Below, piece after piece: positions 1-11,583 of a DNA stretch of 64,000 nt. The stretch's first letter is position 1, and every line of letters starts with the position of its first letter. The position numbers and the translations under genes are program-made. The stretch is from Nitrospirota bacterium (GTDB lineage Bacteria; Nitrospirota; UBA9217): the NCBI GenBank assembly GCA_963749655.1, contig CAVVOB010000022.1, positions 128,001 to 192,000 of the forward strand, given 5' to 3'. Under the pieces are notes generated by a model. It was given only the letters and a program-made list of their open reading frames with translations. It searched no databases and was not told where the DNA came from.

Positions 1-3
1 TGG

Positions 4-492
4 ATGGCGAAGATGATCTTCGCCGGGGAAGACCCTCTGTTCATCGCGCGCAGGATCGTGATCGCGGCGAGCGAGGACGTGGGGAACGCCGACCCGAGGG
101 CGCTCATGATCGCAACGGCCGCCTATCAGGCCGTGGAGCGCATCGGCATGCCGGAAGGACAGATGCCGCTTGCGCAGGCAGCCGTGTATGTCGCCTCGGC
201 GCCCAAGAGCAATGCGGCCTATCTGGCAATCAACAAAGCAATGAAGGACATCGAGGAAGGAACGCCGCTTCCGGTGCCGGACCACCTCAAGGACGCCCAT
301 TATAAAGGGGCGGCCCGGCTCGGCAGGGGCAAGGGCTACAAATATCCGCACGATTACCCTGGGCACCATGTTGTCCAGGAATATCTTCCGCAGAAGCGGG
401 ACTACTACCGGCCTACGGAGCAAGGCGAGGAAAAAAGAATCAAAGAGCGCCTCGCGGGGCTGTGGGGGGAACATCAGGAGGGGAAAAAATGA
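4..492 (+). CDS. rarA: Replication-associated recombination protein A (MgsA/RarA), C-terminal part, truncated by window edge
   Basis: Motifs [30 protein letters not shown] typical of the MgsA C-terminal domain. Confidence 0.93.
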   Translation: MAKMIFAGEDPLFIARRIVIAASEDVGNADPRALMIATAAYQAVERIGMPEGQMPLAQAAVYVASAPKSNAAYLAINKAMKDIEEGTPLPVPDHLKDAHYKGAARLGRGKGYKYPHDYPGHHVVQEYLPQKRDYYRPTEQGEEKRIKERLAGLWGEHQEGKK

Positions 493-2045
493 TTGAGTAT
501 ATAGCACTACTGGTCGCAGGACTTGCCGGAGGGTTCGGCATAGGCTTGCTGATCAAAGGAAGGGTTGCAGCCGGCAAGATAAGGGACGCCGAAGCCGAAG
601 CCGCGCGGATCATGTCCTCGGCAGAGCGGGAGGCCGAGACGAAGCGCAAGGAAGCCGTGCTCGAAGCCAAGGACAAGCTCTACCAGGCGCGGGCCGAGTT
701 CGAAAAGGAAAACCGCGATAAGCGCCAGGAACTCCAGAACCAGGAGCGCCGTCTGACGCAAAAGGAAGAGAACCTTGAAAAGAAGGTCGATCTCGTCGAG
801 AAGCGCGAGTCCGATGTCGTCCGCCGCGAGCGGGAGCTCACGGCCCGCGAAAAGATCGCCATCGAGAAAGAGGAGCGCTTCGAGAAGGGGCTCCGCGAGC
901 AGCGTCAAATGCTCGAAAAGATCGCCAACATGACGGCCGAGGAGGCCAAGCGCCAGCTCATGGTTTCCATGGAGGACGAAGCGAAGTTCGAGGCGGCAAA
1001 GACCATCAAGCGGATCGAAGACGAGGCAAAGGACGAGGCGGACAAGAAGGCCAAGAACATCATCAGCCTGGCCATTCAGCGCTACGCGAGCGACTACGTG
1101 GCCGAGGCCACGGTGTCGGTGGTGAACCTCCCGAACGACGAGATGAAGGGCAGGATCATCGGGCGGGAAGGAAGGAACATCCGGGCCATCGAAGCAGCCA
1201 CGGGCATCGATCTGATCATCGATGATACGCCGGAGGCGGTCATCCTGTCGTGCTATGATCCTCTCCGCCGGGAGATCGCGCGGTTGACCATCGAGCGGCT
1301 CATTCAGGACGGCAGGATCCATCCCGCGCGCATCGAAGAGATCGCGGAAAAAGTGAAAAAGGACCTCGATGTCTCCATGAAGGAAGAGGGCGAGAAGGCG
1401 GCCTTCGACCTCGGCATCCACAATCTGCATCCCGAGATCATCAAGCTCATCGGCAGGCTCAAGTATCGCACGAGCTACGGGCAGAACGTGCTCATGCACG
1501 CGCGCGAAGTGGCTTATTTCGCCGGGATCATGGCTGCGGAATGCGGCGTGGACCAGAAGCTTGCGCGCCGGGCCGGCCTGCTTCACGATCTGGGAAAGGC
1601 CATCGACCATGAAGTGGAGGGAACTCATCCCCAGATCGGCGGCGACCTCGCCAAGAAATTCGGGGAGTCCGCCAAGGTGATCAATGCCATCATGACGCAT
1701 CACGGGGACGGAGAGCCGAATTGCGTGGAGGCCGTTCTGGTTGCGGCCGCTGACGCGCTTTCGGCAGGCAGGCCCGGAGTGCGCCGCGAGACGCTCGAGA
1801 GCTACCTCAAACGGCTTGAGCAGCTCGAATCGGCGGCGAACTCCTTCAAAGGCGTCGAAAAATCCTATGCCATCCAGGCCGGTCGGGAGATCAGGATCAT
1901 CGTGAAGCCCGAGGACCTGTCGGATGCCCATTCAGCCCAGCTCTCCCGGGACATCGCCAAGAAGATAGAGCAGGAGCTTTCCTATCCAGGGCAGATCAAG
2001 GTTACCGTGGTCCGCGAGAGCAGGTACGTGGAGTATGCGAAATAA
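489..2045 (+). CDS. rny: Ribonuclease Y
   Basis: N-terminal TM helix, coiled coil, KH motif ([14 protein letters not shown]), HD motif (LLHDLGK); ATG 489 overlaps the rarA stop. Confidence 0.97.
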   Translation: MIEYIALLVAGLAGGFGIGLLIKGRVAAGKIRDAEAEAARIMSSAEREAETKRKEAVLEAKDKLYQARAEFEKENRDKRQELQNQERRLTQKEENLEKKVDLVEKRESDVVRRERELTAREKIAIEKEERFEKGLREQRQMLEKIANMTAEEAKRQLMVSMEDEAKFEAAKTIKRIEDEAKDEADKKAKNIISLAIQRYASDYVAEATVSVVNLPNDEMKGRIIGREGRNIRAIEAATGIDLIIDDTPEAVILSCYDPLRREIARLTIERLIQDGRIHPARIEEIAEKVKKDLDVSMKEEGEKAAFDLGIHNLHPEIIKLIGRLKYRTSYGQNVLMHAREVAYFAGIMAAECGVDQKLARRAGLLHDLGKAIDHEVEGTHPQIGGDLAKKFGESAKVINAIMTHHGDGEPNCVEAVLVAAADALSAGRPGVRRETLESYLKRLEQLESAANSFKGVEKSYAIQAGREIRIIVKPEDLSDAHSAQLSRDIAKKIEQELSYPGQIKVTVVRESRYVEYAK

Positions 2046-2049
2046 CTTC

Positions 2050-2146
2050 AATGCGGAATGCGGAGTTCGGAATGCGGAATTAAAAACTGATTTGTAGGGA
2101 TTTGCTGTTTTTCCCATTCCGCAATCCGCATTCGCCATTCCGCATT
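2050..2146. repeat. Palindromic intergenic element of heptamer repeats (AATGCGG... / ...TTCCGCA)
   Basis: Left arm aatgcggaatgcggagttcggaatgcggaatt; right arm attccgcaatccgcattcgccattccgcatt. Confidence 0.8.
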
Positions 2147-2216
2147 TGATCGGGCTGCAAGCAGTCTTCAGTAGCCGCATGAATGGGTTACGTTCCACAC
2201 GAGATTCGGAGGCGAG

Positions 2217-2993
2217 TTGAAGGTTCTTTTTATCGGCGACATCATCGGTGAGCCGGGCAGAAAAATGGTGAGGTCGTCCATGCGCAGTCTGGTGGATACG
2301 CATGGACCCGATCTGGTGATTGCTAATGGCGAAAACGCAGCAGGCGGATTCGGTATTACGTCCGAGATCGCCGAAGAGCTTTTCTCTATGGGGATTCACG
2401 TCCTGACCTCGGGCAACCACGTCTGGGATAAAAAAGAAATCGAAGGCTATCTTGCCAAGCAGGACCGTCTGATCAGGCCGGCGAACTATCCCGAGGGAAA
2501 CCCGGGGTACGGCAGCGTGGTCATTTCCACAGCGGCCGGAAAGGCCGCCGTGCTGAATCTCGAAGGCAGGGTCTTTATGAATAACCTGGAAGATCCCTTC
2601 CGCATGGCCGAGAGGGAGATCGCGAGGCTGAAAAAGGAAACGCCGGTTGTGATCATTGATTTTCACGCCGAGGCCACATCAGAGAAGATCGCCCTGGCCT
2701 GGCACGTTGACGGCAAGGCGAGCGCGGTGATAGGAACACACACCCACGTACAAACAGCCGACGAACGCGTGCTTACCAACGGCACAGCCTTCATGACCGA
2801 TGCGGGTATGACCGGCCCCACGGATTCAGTCATCGGCGTCAGGCGGGAACAGGCGATCGCCCGGTTCCTTTATCAGACACCTCACCGGTTCGAGATCCCC
2901 AAGGGGCCCGTTCATCTCGATGCCGCGGTTATCGACATCGATGAGAAGACGGGTAAATCGAGAAGTATCGAACGGATCAAAATGAAATCGTAG
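2217..2993 (+). CDS. ymdB: YmdB-like (TIGR00282) metallophosphoesterase
   Basis: GDIIG, NGEN, SGNH, DFHAEATSEK, GTHTHVQTAD motifs; follows rny; TTG start with GGAGG RBS. Confidence 0.93.
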   Translation: MKVLFIGDIIGEPGRKMVRSSMRSLVDTHGPDLVIANGENAAGGFGITSEIAEELFSMGIHVLTSGNHVWDKKEIEGYLAKQDRLIRPANYPEGNPGYGSVVISTAAGKAAVLNLEGRVFMNNLEDPFRMAEREIARLKKETPVVIIDFHAEATSEKIALAWHVDGKASAVIGTHTHVQTADERVLTNGTAFMTDAGMTGPTDSVIGVRREQAIARFLYQTPHRFEIPKGPVHLDAAVIDIDEKTGKSRSIERIKMKS

Positions 2994-3000
2994 CGGAACA

Positions 3001-3075
3001 ATTGCGGATTTCGGGATGGTCGTTTTTGACTTCATTCCGCATTCCGCAATCCGCAATCCGCAATCCGCATTCCGC
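3001..3075. repeat. Heptamer-repeat palindromic element (ATTCCGC/AATCCGC units)
   Basis: attccgc attccgc aatccgc aatccgc aatccgc attccgc directly before the xseA ATG. Confidence 0.75.
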
Positions 3076-3076
3076 C

Positions 3077-4303
3077 ATGACCCAGAGCCATATTCTCACC
3101 GTATCGCAGCTGACCGGCCGGATCAAGGATCTTCTGGAAGGATCGTTTCCCGAGGTCTGGGTCGAGGGAGAGATCTCCAACCTTACGATTCCCCAGTCGG
3201 GGCATGCCTATTTCACGCTCAAGGACGGGCAGGCACAGATCCGTGCCATCCTTTTCCGTTCTTCCCAGCGGTTCCTCAAATTCACGCTTCAGCACGGCAT
3301 CAAGGTCATCTGCCGGTGCCGGGTGAGCGTCTATGAGCCGCGCGGCGAGTACCAGCTCATCGTCGATTACCTGGAACCCGAGGGAGTCGGAGCGCTCCAA
3401 CTCGCCTTTGAGCAGCTCAAGGCGCGCCTCGAGAAGGAGGGGCTGTTCGACCTTGACCGGAAAAAGCCTCTGCCCGTTCTCCCCGCCCGCATCGGGCTGA
3501 TCACTTCACCCACCGGCGCCGCCATCCGCGACATCCTGCAGGTGATCAAGCGGCGTCATCCAAAGATCCACATCCTCCTGTATCCGGTGCCGGTGCAGGG
3601 TGCTGAAGCCGCTCCGGCGATCGTTGAAGCGCTGCGGCACTTCAATGCCGGGCAATCGGCCGATGTTCTGATCGTGGGCCGCGGCGGAGGGTCCCTGGAG
3701 GACCTCTGGGCTTTCAATGAAGAACAGGTTGCCCGGGCAATCTCCGCCTCGAAAATCCCGGTCATTTCCGCAGTCGGCCATGAAACGGACTATACGATTG
3801 CCGACTTTGTCGCCGATCTGCGCGCACCGACGCCCTCGGCGGCGGCCGAAATGGTCGTGCAGGGGGAGGAACACTTCCGGGACAGCATCAGGCTCCTGTC
3901 AAGCAACCTTGTCAGAAGCATGCATCAGCGGCTGGAGTCTGCGCGAGAGGCGCTTCGAGGGCACCTGATGCTCCTCGGCGACCCGCGCAGAAGGCTCGAA
4001 CACTACGTCCAGCGCCTCGACGATCTGACGCACCGGATGACGCTCGGCCTTCGTCATAACCTTCTGCGCGATCGCACGCGGCTCGGTGCGGCTGCTGCCG
4101 GGCTCGACCATCTGAATCCCCTCGGCATCCTGTCGCGCGGTTACAGCGTAACCCAGCTGCATCCCTCGGGGCGTATCGTGAAGGACTCGCGTGAGGTGCA
4201 ACCGGGGGGCCTTATCAGGACGAAACTTCACCGGGGAGATCTGTTGTCGCGGATCGAGAAAGTCGGTGCTGAAGGGACCGCTGATCGCGAGGAGAAGGGC
4301 TGA
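3077..4303 (+). CDS. xseA: Exodeoxyribonuclease VII large subunit
   Basis: VWVEGEISN, SGHAYFTLKD, GRGGGSLEDLWAFN, SAVGHETD, RAPTPSAAAE motifs. Confidence 0.96.
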   Translation: MTQSHILTVSQLTGRIKDLLEGSFPEVWVEGEISNLTIPQSGHAYFTLKDGQAQIRAILFRSSQRFLKFTLQHGIKVICRCRVSVYEPRGEYQLIVDYLEPEGVGALQLAFEQLKARLEKEGLFDLDRKKPLPVLPARIGLITSPTGAAIRDILQVIKRRHPKIHILLYPVPVQGAEAAPAIVEALRHFNAGQSADVLIVGRGGGSLEDLWAFNEEQVARAISASKIPVISAVGHETDYTIADFVADLRAPTPSAAAEMVVQGEEHFRDSIRLLSSNLVRSMHQRLESAREALRGHLMLLGDPRRRLEHYVQRLDDLTHRMTLGLRHNLLRDRTRLGAAAAGLDHLNPLGILSRGYSVTQLHPSGRIVKDSREVQPGGLIRTKLHRGDLLSRIEKVGAEGTADREEKG

Positions 4304-4402
4304 GGATGCCGGAACAGTTGCCAAGGTTCTTGACAAAATGATGCACCCGGAGCCGTCACATTGTTTTGACACCATTTTATTCTTGTGATACTCTACTAGC
4401 CT

Positions 4403-6489
4403 ATGCAGGAAGACGCCAGACCAACCGATGCGCTTTCCCCGGAAGTCCAGGAGATCATGCGCACTCTCGTTTCGGCGATCAGAGCGGTCAAGCTCTATCC
4501 GCCCAATAATCCCGTTTACTCGCAGTCCATCAAGAAATCCTATGAATTGCTGAATCATTTTCTCGCGAATGCTTCCGATTACGTGGTCGGCGTTCAAAAA
4601 ATGAATTTCACCTATCGTCGAACCTCCCTGGGAAAGGACGGCCAGATCAATAGAGCCATCGCGCAGGACCTCTTTGCCAAGGGGGTCCGGGAGATCATTT
4701 TCAGACCCGGTGTCACGGAGAAGGAACTGCTCGAATTGTTTCAGGCCCTTGCCCTGTCTTCGGAGGAACTGGCGATGAGGAGCGGCATTACGTCGATTCT
4801 CTGGGAAAAGGGAGCGGAGCACATCAAGGTGACGGAGTCGGGGCTGGATGAAGTCATCACGACGACGGAGCAGGGGTGGGAGGACAAAACGCCCGCCGAC
4901 AAATCCGCCGAGGCGGCCAACGCCTCCAGCGAGGCCCAGAAAACCGGCTTCCCCGGCCGCACGCTGGTACTCGGGGACCTCATGACCGATCCGGCAGCGT
5001 TCGGCGCCAGTATGATAGAACTTGCGAAGCAGACAAAATCGGCGCACGAAAGCGTCGAGGACCGGCTCTATGCCCTGTACCAGGAAGCCGGCCGGAAAAT
5101 TCAGAAGGAACAGCCGGGCCAGAGCGAAACGCTGTTCGAAGGCCTGGCCAAATCCGTGCTCGCCCTCGATTCCCGCTACCGGGAAGGCTTTATCGCCGGA
5201 AAGCTGTACGGCCAACTGGATGCCGACATCGCGGATGAAGAGGGGATCGAAGGGAGTCAGCACCTGCCCACGGCGATTCAGGAGATCCAGACGGCGCGGC
5301 TCGTCGATAAGTGCACAGTTCAGCAGGTCGCAACGCTGCTGAAAAAAGCAACGGAGAAAAAGACCGCGCCGGCGGCGGCCGCCGTCGCTCGACCGTCTGG
5401 AAACGACACCGATTTCCGCAGAACTCCCGGGAATCGCAAAAGAGCTTACGGAGTACAGCCCCGAGGAGATGGCTTCGCTTAAGTCGCTCGGCGAAGCGGG
5501 GATGGAGTCCGACATCATCGAAGCGGCCGTCCGGACGCTGGTTTGTCTGCTTACTCTCGTCAAGAATCCGCAGCGCCCCGGGGGGGCCGAGAAGGAAATT
5601 GCGCTTTTTTCGGGCGTCGTCCGTCAGCTCGAGGACATGCTGAACTATCTCATCAAGAAGAAGGACTATGCACGCCGCAAAAAATATCATCGATGCGCTG
5701 CACAAACCCGTGGACCCTCAGTTCAGGCCAAGAATGACGGAGGCGCTGAGAAAGTCCATATCCAAGACCGCGATCGTCTCGGCAATCGGAGAGATGCGAA
5801 AGCTTCACAAGGATTCTCCCGAATATCAGACGATTTATTCCTATCTGTCATGCATGGAGCGGGAAACCACCCAGGCGCTGCTGGAGCTCCTGGCCGAGGA
5901 AAACGACCGAACGGTGCGATTGACCCTTCTCGATCTGGTGAAGGAGTTCGGAAAGAACCAGATCGCCCTGCTCGGGGAATATCTGAGCGACGGCCGGTGG
6001 TACTTTGTGCGCAATATCGTCAACATCCTCGGCGAGACGGGGACCGACCAGGCCATCGCCTTTCTGCGCAAAGCGGCCGATCACGAGAACGTCCGCATCC
6101 GGCAGGAGGTCATCAAGGGGCTCCTCGCCATCGGCGGGAAAAAGGCGGCGGCTGTTCTGGCAAAATTCCTCCGGGACAAGGACGCCGATGTTCAAATAAC
6201 GGCCGTCCGGGCCTTCGCCGACTTTCCCGGCATCGGAGCAGAGGAGTCGATTCCGCTGGCGACCTTCCTCGAAGGAAGGGAGCTGAATAAAAAGGACCAG
6301 GAGCTGACGCTCGAAGCGATCAAGGCTCTCGGAAAGATCGGCGGCCGGAGCGCGTTGGACCCCCTGCAAGGCTTTACGCGCATCCGCTGGTGGCGGTCAC
6401 GGAAACTTCAGAAAGAGCTCAAGGACGCGGCCGTGCAGGCTATGGAAGAGATAAAAAGGAGAAAGGTCGATGGCGGAAGAACAGCATGA
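4403..6489 (+). CDS. HEAT-repeat protein, split by apparent frameshifts near 5395 and 5675
   Basis: Three overlapping ORFs join into one protein; C-terminal HEAT repeats (DGRWYFVRNIVNILG, NVRIRQEVIKGL). Confidence 0.75.
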
Positions 6490-7904
6490 CAGCCGCGGCG
6501 AGGCAAGGCAGTCGTTCTTTGCAAAGCAGCAGCTGATCGATGGCGCGCGCGCTGCGTTCCAGCAGCTGTCGGCCGTAATAAAGAACGCAACGCTCTATCC
6601 CGAAGCGCACCCCTTTCTGCTGACCTCTGCCGACAAGCTCAGGTCTACCATCGAGGGACTGATGCTGGGGCGGAAAGACGTTGCTTTTTACCTTGTGGGC
6701 GGGGAGCTTTTTTTCGAGAAGCTGTCGGTTCCGATCGACCAGAGCCTTTCGCTCCTGATGGAGGAGTTCACCCAGCGGGACATGGGCGGCATCGTTTTCA
6801 AGCCGGGATTGATCTCCCCGGAGCTCGTCCGGTTTGCCGCTCTTATGAACAAAGAGCCTGAATTTTTCGTCAAGCACGGCGGCGCCAACACGCGTGGTCC
6901 TGAAATCGGGGATCACCCATATGGAGCTCCACCGGGTGATCCTCGTCGACGAGAAGGCCGGCGAGACCATCAAGGCGGGGAAAAAGAAGGCCTCCGAGGT
7001 TTTCACCGATGCAATCGACGCGGTGAAAGAGATGGTCCAGGCGGTGAACCTGGACAAGGCGTCCAATCTGCGGAAGATGAACACGATCGTCCAGACCATG
7101 GTCGACAACATCCTGGACAACCGCGACGCCCTCATGGGACTCACGGCCATCAAGATGTACGACGATTACACCTTTGCCCACTCGGTGAACACCTCGATCC
7201 TCGCGGTGTCGCTCGGCACCTACCTGTCCCTGGAAAAGCCCCAGATCGCGGCGCTGGGCGTCGCGGGGCTCATGCACGATATGGGCAAGGTGAACGTCCC
7301 CAACGAGATCATCAACAAGCCGGGCAAGCTCTCTCCTGAAGAGTGGGAGCAGGTCAAGCGCCATCCCGTCGAAGGGGCGTTGATCCTCTCGGACGTTCCG
7401 GGAGTCACGAAACTGGCCATGGTGGCTGCGTTCGAACACCATCAGCACACCGGCGCCCAGGGCTATCCCCAGATCGAGGGCGGAGCGCACCAGCACCCCT
7501 TCTCGCAAATCGTATCCCTCGCCGACGCCTACGAGGCGCTCACGGCCGCGCGGGTCTACTACAGCGTCCAGATGCCGCCCGATAATGCCGTGCGCATCCT
7601 GCTTGCGAAGCGCGGGACAGTGTTCAATCCGATCCTTGTGAAGGCCTTCGTCAATATGATCGGGATCTACCCCATCGGCACGCTTCTCAAGCTGAATACG
7701 GGAGAGGTCGGGCTGGTCCTGCACCAGACACGGGATCTGATGCGTCCCCGCGTTCTGCTGCTCACCAAATTCGACGGCTCGGAGAAGGCGTCGGGTAAAG
7801 AGGTCAATTTGCTGGAAACGGCGGGGGGGAAGTACAAACGAACCGTCGTGGGCACGGTTGATCCCAATACTGCTCACATCGATGTGAAGAAATATCTCGA
7901 TTAG
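6470..7904 (+). CDS. HD-GYP domain phosphodiesterase (probable cyclic dinucleotide PDE), frameshift near 6890
   Basis: YTFAHSVN, LMHDMGK, KPGKLS, HHQH..GYP, ADAYEALT motifs. Confidence 0.87.
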
Positions 7905-8455
7905 TCTGCCCGGTATTTTCTCCCCGGAAGCGGCATCCGCTGCATCGAGCAAGAAGCGGCGAGCAGGGATGCAGCGGCAATTCCCGACAATCCCGACCAT
8001 CCCGCGTTATGGTTGAACAGGACCAGGACAGGGTTGTTTCAATGCCCCGCGATCCGTTCTTCAGGTTACTTTTTGTATCCACCCTTCTTCCATTACCATT
8101 ACCATATGTTACGATATAATCGCATCGACACTTTTGATTACGTTCCCTTGCACGAAGTTTCATAAAAAAAAATTCGACATGTCTATTCCGAGCTCGTCAA
8201 TCATCTAAAATTACAAGTTTTTCATGGTCTTCCAAAGTGCCGAGCCTCAGAGTTCGACGGCCCTGACAGAGAAAAAAATCGCTGATTTATTGATGATTTT
8301 CTATCTTCCCGCTGAATGATTTCAGACGATCTCTCCGAGTACAACCGCACTGCGCTTCTGTCTCGGTCCGTGGTAATGCTCTCTGAGGATCACCAAATTT
8401 TCTCTTCCCCTATTCCTGCCTTTAAATTGGTATCCATTTTGCTTAGTTATCCCCT

Positions 8456-10393
8456 ATGAAATCCGCCTTCAAATCGGGTACTGAAAATAATTATATCCTT
8501 GAGGACGTTGTTGCATTTCTGAAAAAGGTCCCTCCCTTCCAGTTCCTTCTTGAGAAGGAGCTGCAGCTGGTTGCCAGGAACCTGTCCATGGATTTTTACC
8601 CCCAGGGCACGGTGATTCTGAAGCAGGACGGCCCCCCGAGCGATGCGCTCAGGATCATCAAGAAGGGCGGCATCAAGGTTTCCATGGTTTCCGAGGACGG
8701 CGGCGAGGTCGTCATCGATTACCGCGGGGAAGGCGATACCTTCGGATTCCTGTCGCTGGTGGGCAAAGACCGGGTGCGCTCCAACATAACAGCCGTTGAG
8801 GACACGATCTGTTATCTCCTCGGCAAGGAGATGCTCCTGCAGCTGCTCGATTCACAGCGGTCCTTTACCGAGTATTTCCTCAAGTCGCACATCACGAAAT
8901 ACATCGACCGGACCTATCAGGAGATGCACGACAAGAGCATGTTCTACGGCGGCAGCGACCGGCTGCTGTTCACGACCCGCGTGGGCGACATGGCGGTCAA
9001 GGGGATCATCGACACGCGCGAGGAAACGCCGATCCGCGATGCGGCCAGGATCATGTCCGACAACCGCATCAGCTCCATCGTGATCGTCAATGAAAACAAG
9101 CTGCCGGTGGGGATCGTCACGGACCGGGACCTGCGGGAAAAAGTCGTGGCAAAGGGCCGCAGCGTGCAGGAGCCGGTAAAGAACATCATGAGCGCGACGC
9201 TCATCCGCGTGGACGCACGGGACTACTGCTTCGAAGCCGTGCTCAGGATGATCAAGTACAACATCCACCATATCCTCGTCATCAAGGACGGGAAGCTCCT
9301 GGGCGTCATCACGAACCACGACCTCATGATGCTGCAGGGCACGTCGCCGCTGTCGCTGACCAAGGACATCGAGAGCCAGCAGACCATCGAAGGCCTCATC
9401 CCGGTCTCGAAGAAGATAAACAGCATCGTCGGACTGCTGCTTAAAGAAGGCGCAAAGGCGAGCAACATCACCAAGATCATCACCGAGATCAACGACCGCC
9501 TCGTCCGCAAGGTACTCGAGTTCGCCGAACGAAAGCACGGGAAGCCGCCGGTACCCTACTGCTGGGTTTCCCTGGGGAGCGAGGGCCGGCGGGAGCAGAC
9601 TTTTAAAACCGACCAGGACAACGCCATCATTTACGGCGATCCCGCAACGGATGCCGAGGCGGAAGCAGCGAAGAAATATTTTACGGCCTTCACCGACTAC
9701 GTTCGCGACGGACTGGTTCAGTGCGGGTTCCCGGTCTGCCCCGCCAATTACATGGCAAGCAATCCGCAGTGGTGCCAGCCGCTGAAGGTCTGGAAGAAGT
9801 ATTTCTCGACGTGGGTTTCGACGCCCACGCCCGACGCCGTACTGAATTCGCTCATCCTGTTCGATTTCCGTCCGATGTACGGCGATGTCAAGCTTGCCGA
9901 GACGCTGCGGGATTACCTGAACTCCTTTGTGAAGGACGAGAAGGTCTTCCTGGGCTACCTTGCCAACATGGTGATCAAGAACACGCCGCCCATCGGCTTC
10001 TTCAAGTCCTTTGTCGTGGAGAAGGGCGGAGAGCACAAGGATGAGCTGAATCTCAAGATCAAGGGGCTGGCTCTTCTGGTGGACATCATGCGGCTCTTCG
10101 CGCTCGAGAAGGGGATCAGCGAAACCTCGACGCTGGAGCGCATTGATACGCTTCGGAGCATACACACCATTGTCGAGGAGTACGCCGACGATTTCGAGCA
10201 GGCCTTCGAGTTCATCATGCTGCTCCGAATCCACCACCAGTACCAGCAGATCGGTTCAGGCCAGGCGCCCGACAATTTCATCAATCCGAACCGGCTGAGC
10301 AACCTCGAAAAAAGGTCCATCAAGGAGGCCTTCCAGCTCGTTACGACCGTGCAGGACCTGATCATCGAGCGGTACAAGTCGCTGATCTGGTAA
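8456..10393 (+). CDS. cNMP-binding/CBS/DUF294 nucleotidyltransferase-like protein
   Basis: cNMP domain, CBS pair (GIVTDRDLR), GSEGRREQ..TDQDNA motif; typical neighbour of actP/acs. Confidence 0.92.
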   Translation: MKSAFKSGTENNYILEDVVAFLKKVPPFQFLLEKELQLVARNLSMDFYPQGTVILKQDGPPSDALRIIKKGGIKVSMVSEDGGEVVIDYRGEGDTFGFLSLVGKDRVRSNITAVEDTICYLLGKEMLLQLLDSQRSFTEYFLKSHITKYIDRTYQEMHDKSMFYGGSDRLLFTTRVGDMAVKGIIDTREETPIRDAARIMSDNRISSIVIVNENKLPVGIVTDRDLREKVVAKGRSVQEPVKNIMSATLIRVDARDYCFEAVLRMIKYNIHHILVIKDGKLLGVITNHDLMMLQGTSPLSLTKDIESQQTIEGLIPVSKKINSIVGLLLKEGAKASNITKIITEINDRLVRKVLEFAERKHGKPPVPYCWVSLGSEGRREQTFKTDQDNAIIYGDPATDAEAEAAKKYFTAFTDYVRDGLVQCGFPVCPANYMASNPQWCQPLKVWKKYFSTWVSTPTPDAVLNSLILFDFRPMYGDVKLAETLRDYLNSFVKDEKVFLGYLANMVIKNTPPIGFFKSFVVEKGGEHKDELNLKIKGLALLVDIMRLFALEKGISETSTLERIDTLRSIHTIVEEYADDFEQAFEFIMLLRIHHQYQQIGSGQAPDNFINPNRLSNLEKRSIKEAFQLVTTVQDLIIERYKSLIW

Positions 10394-10409
10394 GTCGGTA
10401 GGTAAGTCG

Positions 10410-10497
10410 GTAAGGAGTAAGGAGTAAGGAGTAAGGAGTAAGGAGTAAGGAGTAAGGAGTAAGGAGTAAGGAGTAAGGAGTAAGGAGTAAGGAGTAA
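10410..10497 (+). repeat. Perfect tandem repeat (GTAAGGA)x12 plus a partial unit
   Basis: Counted directly; followed by a short complementary arm cctcact-cctgact-ccttact at 10501-10521. Confidence 0.97.
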
Positions 10498-10537
10498 ACA
10501 CCTCACTCCTGACTCCTTACTTTTCACTGGTACTAAT

Positions 10538-11239
10538 ATGCTGGGACTCTTCGAAAGAAACGAGAAGAAACTGAAGGTTGACGGGAAGACGCCTGTCACG
10601 GAGGCGAGGTATGTTGTCTTCGATACGGAGCTTACCGGCCTGGACGACCACAAGGATTCCATCGTGTCCATCGGCGCGGTCCGCATGACGGGAGGCAGCA
10701 TCGATATCGGCAATACCTTCTACCGGCTCGTGAGCCCGCATTCGGAGCTGTCGGCGGCGAGCGTCGTGATCCACCAGATCACGCCCTCCGATGTGGCGTC
10801 CAAGCCTTCGATCGACGCGGTGCTCACGGAATTTCTCGATTTCTGCGGCGACGCCGTGCTCGTCGGGCACTTTGTCAGCATCGATCTGAGCTTTCTCAAC
10901 CGGGAGATGAAACGGGCCCGCCTGGCGAACATCGCGAATCCGGCCGTGGACACGTTCAGTGTTTACGAGTGGCTGCGGAAGCGAAACAAGTCCCGCGACT
11001 GCCCCTCGACGGCGCTCAAGGGGTACCGGCTGTATGATATCGCAAAATGCTTCGACATTGCGGTGAACGGCGCGCACAATGCGCTGGCGGATTCGTTCAT
11101 CACGGCACAACTGCTGCAGCGGTTCCTGCCTCAACTGGCCGAGGCGGGAGCGAAAGACATCGGGGATTTGATTGCACTGGGGATTCCGTTCAAAGGGGGT
11201 GATTGGATCGGATTATCAGGGGAGTTCAGCAATTTCTAG
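10538..11239 (+). CDS. DEDDh 3'-5' exonuclease (DnaQ-like)
   Basis: FDTELTG, VGHFVSID, HNALAD motifs; usual partner of DUF294 genes. Confidence 0.9.
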   Translation: MLGLFERNEKKLKVDGKTPVTEARYVVFDTELTGLDDHKDSIVSIGAVRMTGGSIDIGNTFYRLVSPHSELSAASVVIHQITPSDVASKPSIDAVLTEFLDFCGDAVLVGHFVSIDLSFLNREMKRARLANIANPAVDTFSVYEWLRKRNKSRDCPSTALKGYRLYDIAKCFDIAVNGAHNALADSFITAQLLQRFLPQLAEAGAKDIGDLIALGIPFKGGDWIGLSGEFSNF

Positions 11240-11270
11240 CAGCGAATTACAACATTAAGGAGGAGGGACT

Positions 11271-11582
11271 ATGAGTAAGTTGAGAAAAGAAGATATTTTG
11301 ACCGACCCGGATTTCGTAGAGCTGTCCAGGCAGAAAAACCTGATCTCTACGATCCTGACGGTCCTCGAGCTGGTGCTGTACTTCGGGTTCATTTACCTGA
11401 TTGCAGAGCACAAATCATTTCTCGCACAAAAGGTGAGCGAGGGCGGATCGACCACGATCGGGATACCGATCGCCGTGGGAACGATCGTGCTGTCATGGGT
11501 GTTTACCGGGATCTACATCTGGTGGGCAAACGTGAAATATGACGAACTCGTCAAAAAAGTCAAAGAAAAGGTAGGAGGATAA
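11271..11582 (+). CDS. DUF485 (YjcH-like) small membrane protein
   Basis: Two TM helices, YIWWAN..YD motif, directly upstream of actP; strong RBS. Confidence 0.9.
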   Translation: MSKLRKEDILTDPDFVELSRQKNLISTILTVLELVLYFGFIYLIAEHKSFLAQKVSEGGSTTIGIPIAVGTIVLSWVFTGIYIWWANVKYDELVKKVKEKVGG

Positions 11583-11583
11583 C

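Noticed and set aside
2046-2216. 6S RNA or other ncRNA near rny
   Set aside because: The structure is explained by the heptamer palindrome; no 6S-like central bubble is recognisable.
3002-3076. N-terminal extension of XseA (and similarly Acs from 13491)
   Set aside because: The extensions translate repeat or intergenic DNA; better starts are at 3077 and 13695.
10410-10497. ORFs encoding LLTPYSL repeats (9955-10713 and 10256-10501, minus strand)
   Set aside because: Translation artefacts of the 7-bp tandem repeat, antisense to real genes.
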